NCBI GenBank assembly: GCA_040285825.1
Contig: JAUPSS010000003.1
Span: forward strand, 3,472,001-3,536,000
Reading direction: 5' to 3'
DNA: 64,000 bases
Source of the DNA: Eukaryota sp. TZLM1-RC
Taxonomy: Eukaryota > Protista > Metamonada: BaSk clade
The notes under the pieces were generated by a model. That model ran no database searches and had not been told where the DNA came from. It worked only from the letters and a program-made list of their open reading frames with translations. Numbering within the stretch: the first letter of the stretch is position 1; each line of letters begins with the position of its first letter. Shown here piece after piece: positions 59,194 through 64,000 of the stretch. A program made the translations under genes and the position numbers.

Positions 59194-60603
59194 TTAAATT
59201 GGAGGTAAAAGTCCTTCTTCAATAACTACTGGTTTGTCATTTTGTTCGTTTAAAAAAGGATGTTGTAGTGCTTGCGACGGTGTTAATCTGATATTAGGGT
59301 CCCATGCTAAGCATTGACGTAGAAAATCAAGGAACAATGGGTTCGAAGACCGAACTGCTGATGATAAATCTCGTGTACTTGGTCTTCTTTTCTTGCCTCT
59401 AGAATTGGCAACAATACGTGGTCCAAATTGGGAGTCAAAAAACAGTTTACGTCGACTTGCATTGGAGATTAAATGTTGTGGTGGCAACCCAAAAATTTCC
59501 ATTATACATAGCATCTGTTCATGTTCATTTTCCCCAGGAAATAGCGGAGTTCCACTTGAGAATTCAGCTAACATACACCCAAGAGACCACATATCTATAG
59601 CACAAGAGTAAGGAAGGCCAAGAATTACTTCTGGCGCGCGATAAAATCTGGACTGAATGTAGGTGTACACTCTTTCATCAGAAAAACAAGAAGATCCGAA
59701 ATCAATCACTTTGATTAATGATTTTGAACTCTTTAAAAATAAACAGTTTTCAGGCTTCAAGTCACAATGAATAATAGAATTTTTGTATAACAATTGCAGA
59801 CATTGTAGGAGCTGAATAGTAAAAGATTTAACTAATTGAATTGGAATCGGTTGAAAAGAGTTTGCTTTCATGTATTCATAAAGATTAATTGAGAGTAATT
59901 CAAAAGAAATACAGAGGTGATTTCTAAAATAAAAATGGTTGATGATATGAACCAAATTAAATGAATTATTAGAGTCAAGATCCTTTAAATACTTAAGAAC
60001 ACGAACTTCTACTAAACCTTGTTGGTGGAACCTTCGCTTGTTTCTTATGATTTTGAGTGCAACAACTTTATTCATTTTATGGTCCATAACTCTTAAGACT
60101 TGGCCAAAGGAACCTTTCCCCAAAGAACCCAAAATTTCATAGCGATACGCAATATGGTCTCTTAATACAGGAAGATAATCACCTCTATCATCATCATAAC
60201 CATTATTTGTACTTCCATTAGGCCGTGACTTCACAGAAAGGGAACCGGTGAAGTACACAGTTTGGTAACCAAGGATTTCACTCTCTTCCAAAGGGGTGAG
60301 TTGGTTTCTGTATTTTTTAAGAGCATCATTAGACGGCAAAGGAAGATCAGAAGTATCTAAAGTAGATAATGTTGATGAACGTCTTCCGGTTGAGACAGAA
60401 GGACGCGAGGTTTTCGGTAGAGAAGGAAATCTTTGTGAGCAAATTGAACTGTTGTTGGAAATACGAGTTGTTTTGGGGACCACAACAGAGGGACGAGGAC
60501 GATGATATCTGGACGTGATACGAGAAGCCTGGGATACATGCAATGATGATCGAAACTTAGGAAGATTTAGGGAAGGAATTGGTCGTGCTGTGTGTAGAGA
60601 CAT
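59194..60603 (-). CDS. Class 2 DYRK kinase (DYRK2/Pom1-like)
   Basis: DH box GYDDDRGDY, GKGSFGQV, HCDLKPEN, YTYIQSRFYRAPE. Confidence 0.93.
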   Translation of the reverse strand: MSLHTARPIPSLNLPKFRSSLHVSQASRITSRYHRPRPSVVVPKTTRISNNSSICSQRFPSLPKTSRPSVSTGRRSSTLSTLDTSDLPLPSNDALKKYRNQLTPLEESEILGYQTVYFTGSLSVKSRPNGSTNNGYDDDRGDYLPVLRDHIAYRYEILGSLGKGSFGQVLRVMDHKMNKVVALKIIRNKRRFHQQGLVEVRVLKYLKDLDSNNSFNLVHIINHFYFRNHLCISFELLSINLYEYMKANSFQPIPIQLVKSFTIQLLQCLQLLYKNSIIHCDLKPENCLFLKSSKSLIKVIDFGSSCFSDERVYTYIQSRFYRAPEVILGLPYSCAIDMWSLGCMLAEFSSGTPLFPGENEHEQMLCIMEIFGLPPQHLISNASRRKLFFDSQFGPRIVANSRGKKRRPSTRDLSSAVRSSNPLFLDFLRQCLAWDPNIRLTPSQALQHPFLNEQNDKPVVIEEGLLPPI

Positions 60604-60904
60604 TACTCTCTGACAATCAAGTGTATTGACCTTGTAACTGGGAAGTAAAGAATAATGTTAATTAATTTTTCTTAGATGATGTCCTCAGCAAAATTAACTT
60701 CAATCTAGTTGTCCAAATTATCAAATTTCCAAAAAACACAATAGACCTAAATGGAGACATGATTCAATTTAAAATAATTTTGTTAATACATATAAAACGT
60801 TTTATTAATAAAATACAATTTTTCCTTTTCACAATGAACGAGAAAAACTGAGTATGCAACACTGAGTGCGGGTGCGGGGTGTGGAACCCGCACCCTTTCA
60901 CACT

Positions 60905-61105
60905 TTTTTTTAGAACATTTAATTTTATTCAAAACCTATAAATCAACATCTAAAAAATCCATCTCTCCCAAAACAAAAACACTAGATGCAACTCTCTCAT
61001 AGTGAGAACCAAGAGACAGCAAAGCATCAGAAACCATCTTCAACATCCCCTTAAAAATAGAAAACACAATTCTATTTTGCCAAAACAATCTGTCAAACAC
61101 CCTTT
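60905..61105 (-). mobile_element. RLE non-LTR 3' tail
   Basis: Minus strand reads RVFDRLFWQNRIVFSIFKG, followed by an A tail. Confidence 0.75.
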
Positions 61106-61127
61106 CACACTGCTTATCTTTTCCAAT

Positions 61128-61332
61128 TGTAGCCTAAAGTCGTGAAGTTCAGATAATGTTGATTAATGCTCTATTCATATTGTATAAGCCTAAGCGCATT
61201 CAAAATTGGTTCTTCCATTTTTCAAAATAAATCAGCTTATATAAATATGAAACTAAACTATAACTAACTAAATAGCTATAAATATCAAGAATTAGCTACG
61301 CTTCCCAATTCTATTACTACGTCTAGGCTGCT
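61128..61332 (+). repeat. LTR (solo or orphan)
   Basis: TGTAGCCTA...TAGGCTGC inverted termini; homologous to 22380-22574. Confidence 0.65.
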
Positions 61333-61419
61333 TAGGGGGCGTAGACTCATTGGAGGTACCTTGACGTTGACTAATGGTACATTTACCAATTTTCTTGTTA
61401 TTCTTGTTTTGTAACTATA

Positions 61420-62000
61420 GATTAGCCGATTTTCGCCCGTATTTATCCCATGTTTGAATCTTTAATAAAAACGATATTTTGGACATTGTATTGATTGGGT
61501 CGTCCTGAGATAATCGAGGTCTTTTGTAATAAATTTTTTGGACCGAGGATTAATTTGTCTCTGAGGACTGCTAGCTATGGTCGTGTCAATAGCTCTTTGA
61601 AAGTGTTTGAAGGTTCTCTAAACTCATTGGGCTATCAGAATGTCCAGTTTCCTGAGGGGGTTGAAGAGAAGCTGTTTCTTGTAGAGCTGGCCCGTTTAAT
61701 TTTAAATCTTCTCCTATGTTTTCACTAATCATGGTTTAAAAGAAAGTGAATTCTTCCTGTTAATGGGCCTGTCGTTTTTTACAAGTTTTGGGACATTAAC
61801 TGTTGGAACGTGTTCAGAAATGTTGTCTATTGAGCAAACTTGTGGAGTCTGGCTTTTTTTCGATACAATGGAAGCCAAAGGTTATTATTTATTTATTGGA
61901 CCGAGGATTCTACTCAATAACAAGAGCTTTTATGAGTTCAAATTTTTCGTTTAGCGGAACCTCTAATTAATTTTCGGGTATCCCTAACAAAACAGAAAAT
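61420..62000 (-). mobile_element. Decayed gag-like fragment related to 20300-20760
   Basis: GCCCGTATTT.TCCCATGTTTGAA and ACTGTTGGAA.GTGT blocks are shared. Confidence 0.5.
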
Positions 62001-62244
62001 CTGGGGACCAACATTTCAGAGTCAGAGATGTCCTTCTGAAAGCTGGCTGACTTTTCGCTGATACCTTGCTGATGGCTGTTAATGATGAATCATCTTAGCT
62101 TTTGCTGTAGTTATGTGCGGTATACCTTTTGACTTTGTTGCCTCAGGTCGTGAAGTGAAGAAAAGTTGATTTATTTTCTATTCATAATATATCAACCTAA
62201 CGGCGCCAAAAAAGGACCTAAGGAGTATGCAATTCAGCATTCAT

Positions 62245-62995
62245 GATAGCAACCGTGTAGTGCTCGGTTGGATTCCCGTTCTCCAATCATTCTCATTCGA
62301 CTGCGTCCATGTAGATGGACCTAGTAATCATTGGGCCGATTACTTATCCCGTTTCCTGCTTACAGAAGTAAGTAAACCTGTAACGAAAAAGAAAAAAGAG
62401 GAAGACCAGAACAGCTAACGCTAAAGTCAACTCCATGATCACCATCGAAGCCGGAAAGACTTCCTTTCATCAAGTTACTATTCCTTGTTACGTCCCTTTT
62501 CCTGTTTCCGCTTCCTCCACAAACACTCACCGTCCCATGCTTTTCCGAGATACTTTTAGCGAATGTATTCCGGAATATTTAGCACGCCCTATCTTTGTCA
62601 ATATATACCTTTACTATGATGATGGCAATGCGTGCCCTCATCATGTTGTGACATACCAATACAGTCACCAAAAAGTTGAAAGAAATTCAGTTCCAAAGCA
62701 ATTATTGACTCCTGTTCCCCGTAATCATTACCCTTCCCCTAAACTTCACTCCTGTAACACTTGTCCAGACGTCGATAATATCCGCCGATTTCCCTTAGAT
62801 GAATTCTCAACTGACAATCACATTTCATTAGATACCATTGCTTATAATTATAAATTAGCCTTTTACGACAGAAAACTCCAAGCCGTAGTTCTCCCAAGAC
62901 GACTCCTAGATGGAACATATAGTAAAAAAATGTATTCTCTTATTCCATTCGAAGACCCTAATTAGTCACCTTTTCCTGAATTAGCTTGTTCTGCA
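62245..62995 (+). mobile_element. Gypsy pol fragment: end of RNase H plus part of the unknown insert
   Basis: DSNRVVLGWIP...NHWADYLSR, then IPCYV...TNTHRP...CPHHVVTYQY...NYKLAFYDR, homologous to 53491-53985. Confidence 0.85.
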
Positions 62996-62999
62996 GTTA

Positions 63000-63890
63000 A
63001 TTTTTTTAACTGGAATATTTATTGAGATAAAAAAATTTATCTAGAATTCAATATCCTCCAAACAAGCGTCACTATTACTGAACCTACTCACAGCATTACG
63101 TTCATATTCTACACCAATAGCTAAAAGTGCCTTTGAAATCATTGTTGGAATAGACTTGAAAATGCAAAAAACAATTCTATTTAACCAGAAAGTGGAATTC
63201 ATTGTTGCACCAGACCTATTCAGTAACACTTTTTTGAAATTTTCAAAAAAGCGCAACCCTGAAGGTCCAATATTGCCAAAAAGAGAAATTGCAAACGGCA
63301 CAAAGTGATATTTCACATGCTCCACTCTACCTAACTGTGCCAAAAGCTCTTCATATTTTTTTATCTTCTTTTTTTCGGCGTTAGATAACGACGAATCAGC
63401 GTAATACACTAAACGAGCAGCAGAATTTTTGCAAACATCAACTGAGACAACATCTACAACATTGAGAACACCATCGATCCCTGGAGCTACTAAATCTGCC
63501 CTTCTTTTACCAAAGGAATCATCAGTTTGATCTGAAGACAGCTTACGTACTAATGGCTCAATAAATGCCTCTATATTGAAACTTTTGCACATGGCATATA
63601 ATTGATCACGAACTGAGTCATGAACAATTGAGCGATAAGTTATAAAATACTTACAGTTTAAAATATGGGAAAGCGTAACAACACTCTTGCAGCGACAGAT
63701 TAAATCATTTGGTAAAGAACAAGGCCATAGAAAACATCTCATTGTCATTGCAGTGGTCCATTGGTGATCATTAAGTAGAAGGCCATAAATGTTGGGAATT
63801 TGGGAGATTAGGCAACTTCAGCAACTGTCTTCAAGATCAATCAAAAAGTTTGCAAAAACGGGATTTTTTTTTTAGCCAAGCTAAGACGTA
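63000..63890 (-). mobile_element. RLE non-LTR 3' fragment
   Basis: CRCK...HILNC, HDSVRD, FIEPL, RRADL...DV, KIKKY, and an A-rich tail. Confidence 0.85.
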
Positions 63891-64000
63891 CAATAGCAGT
63901 TAATGTAACCACAAGATCTCAAGTTTCTGGTGATCAAACATCCAAGGTGAGCAGACATCCAAGAGGTTAACCCTGAACCCCTGACTACTGAGTCTACTTC

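Overview
Eukaryotic (protist-like) AT-rich nuclear DNA read in the standard code, with compact genes and 31-32 nt GT-AG introns. Host genes: TSR1, two calreticulin copies in a ~4.4 kb palindrome, an importin-beta family protein, an SLC35/DMT transporter, CAND1, a Ubc8/UBE2H-like E2, a possible SPAG17/PF6-like protein, a BORCS5-like protein, calpain-7/PalB, Sec22 and a DYRK2-class kinase. Between them are dense, nested mobile elements: Ty3/Gypsy LTR elements, a three-LTR gag-only TRIM array, many truncated RLE-type non-LTR retrotransposons, hAT, Mutator and MITE elements, and four distinct decayed Fanzor1 (TnpB-like) loci. The most unusual observations are (1) a Gypsy family whose pol carries a large unrecognised domain (at least 600 aa) in frame between RNase H and integrase, seen in three copies; (2) the Fanzor cluster, including one Fanzor with a C-terminal CCHC knuckle extension and candidate omegaRNA ends; and (3) clusters of TGACGT/CACGTG motifs inside coding exons and in three LTR families. 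All calls were made by eye, and boundaries of decayed elements are approximate.
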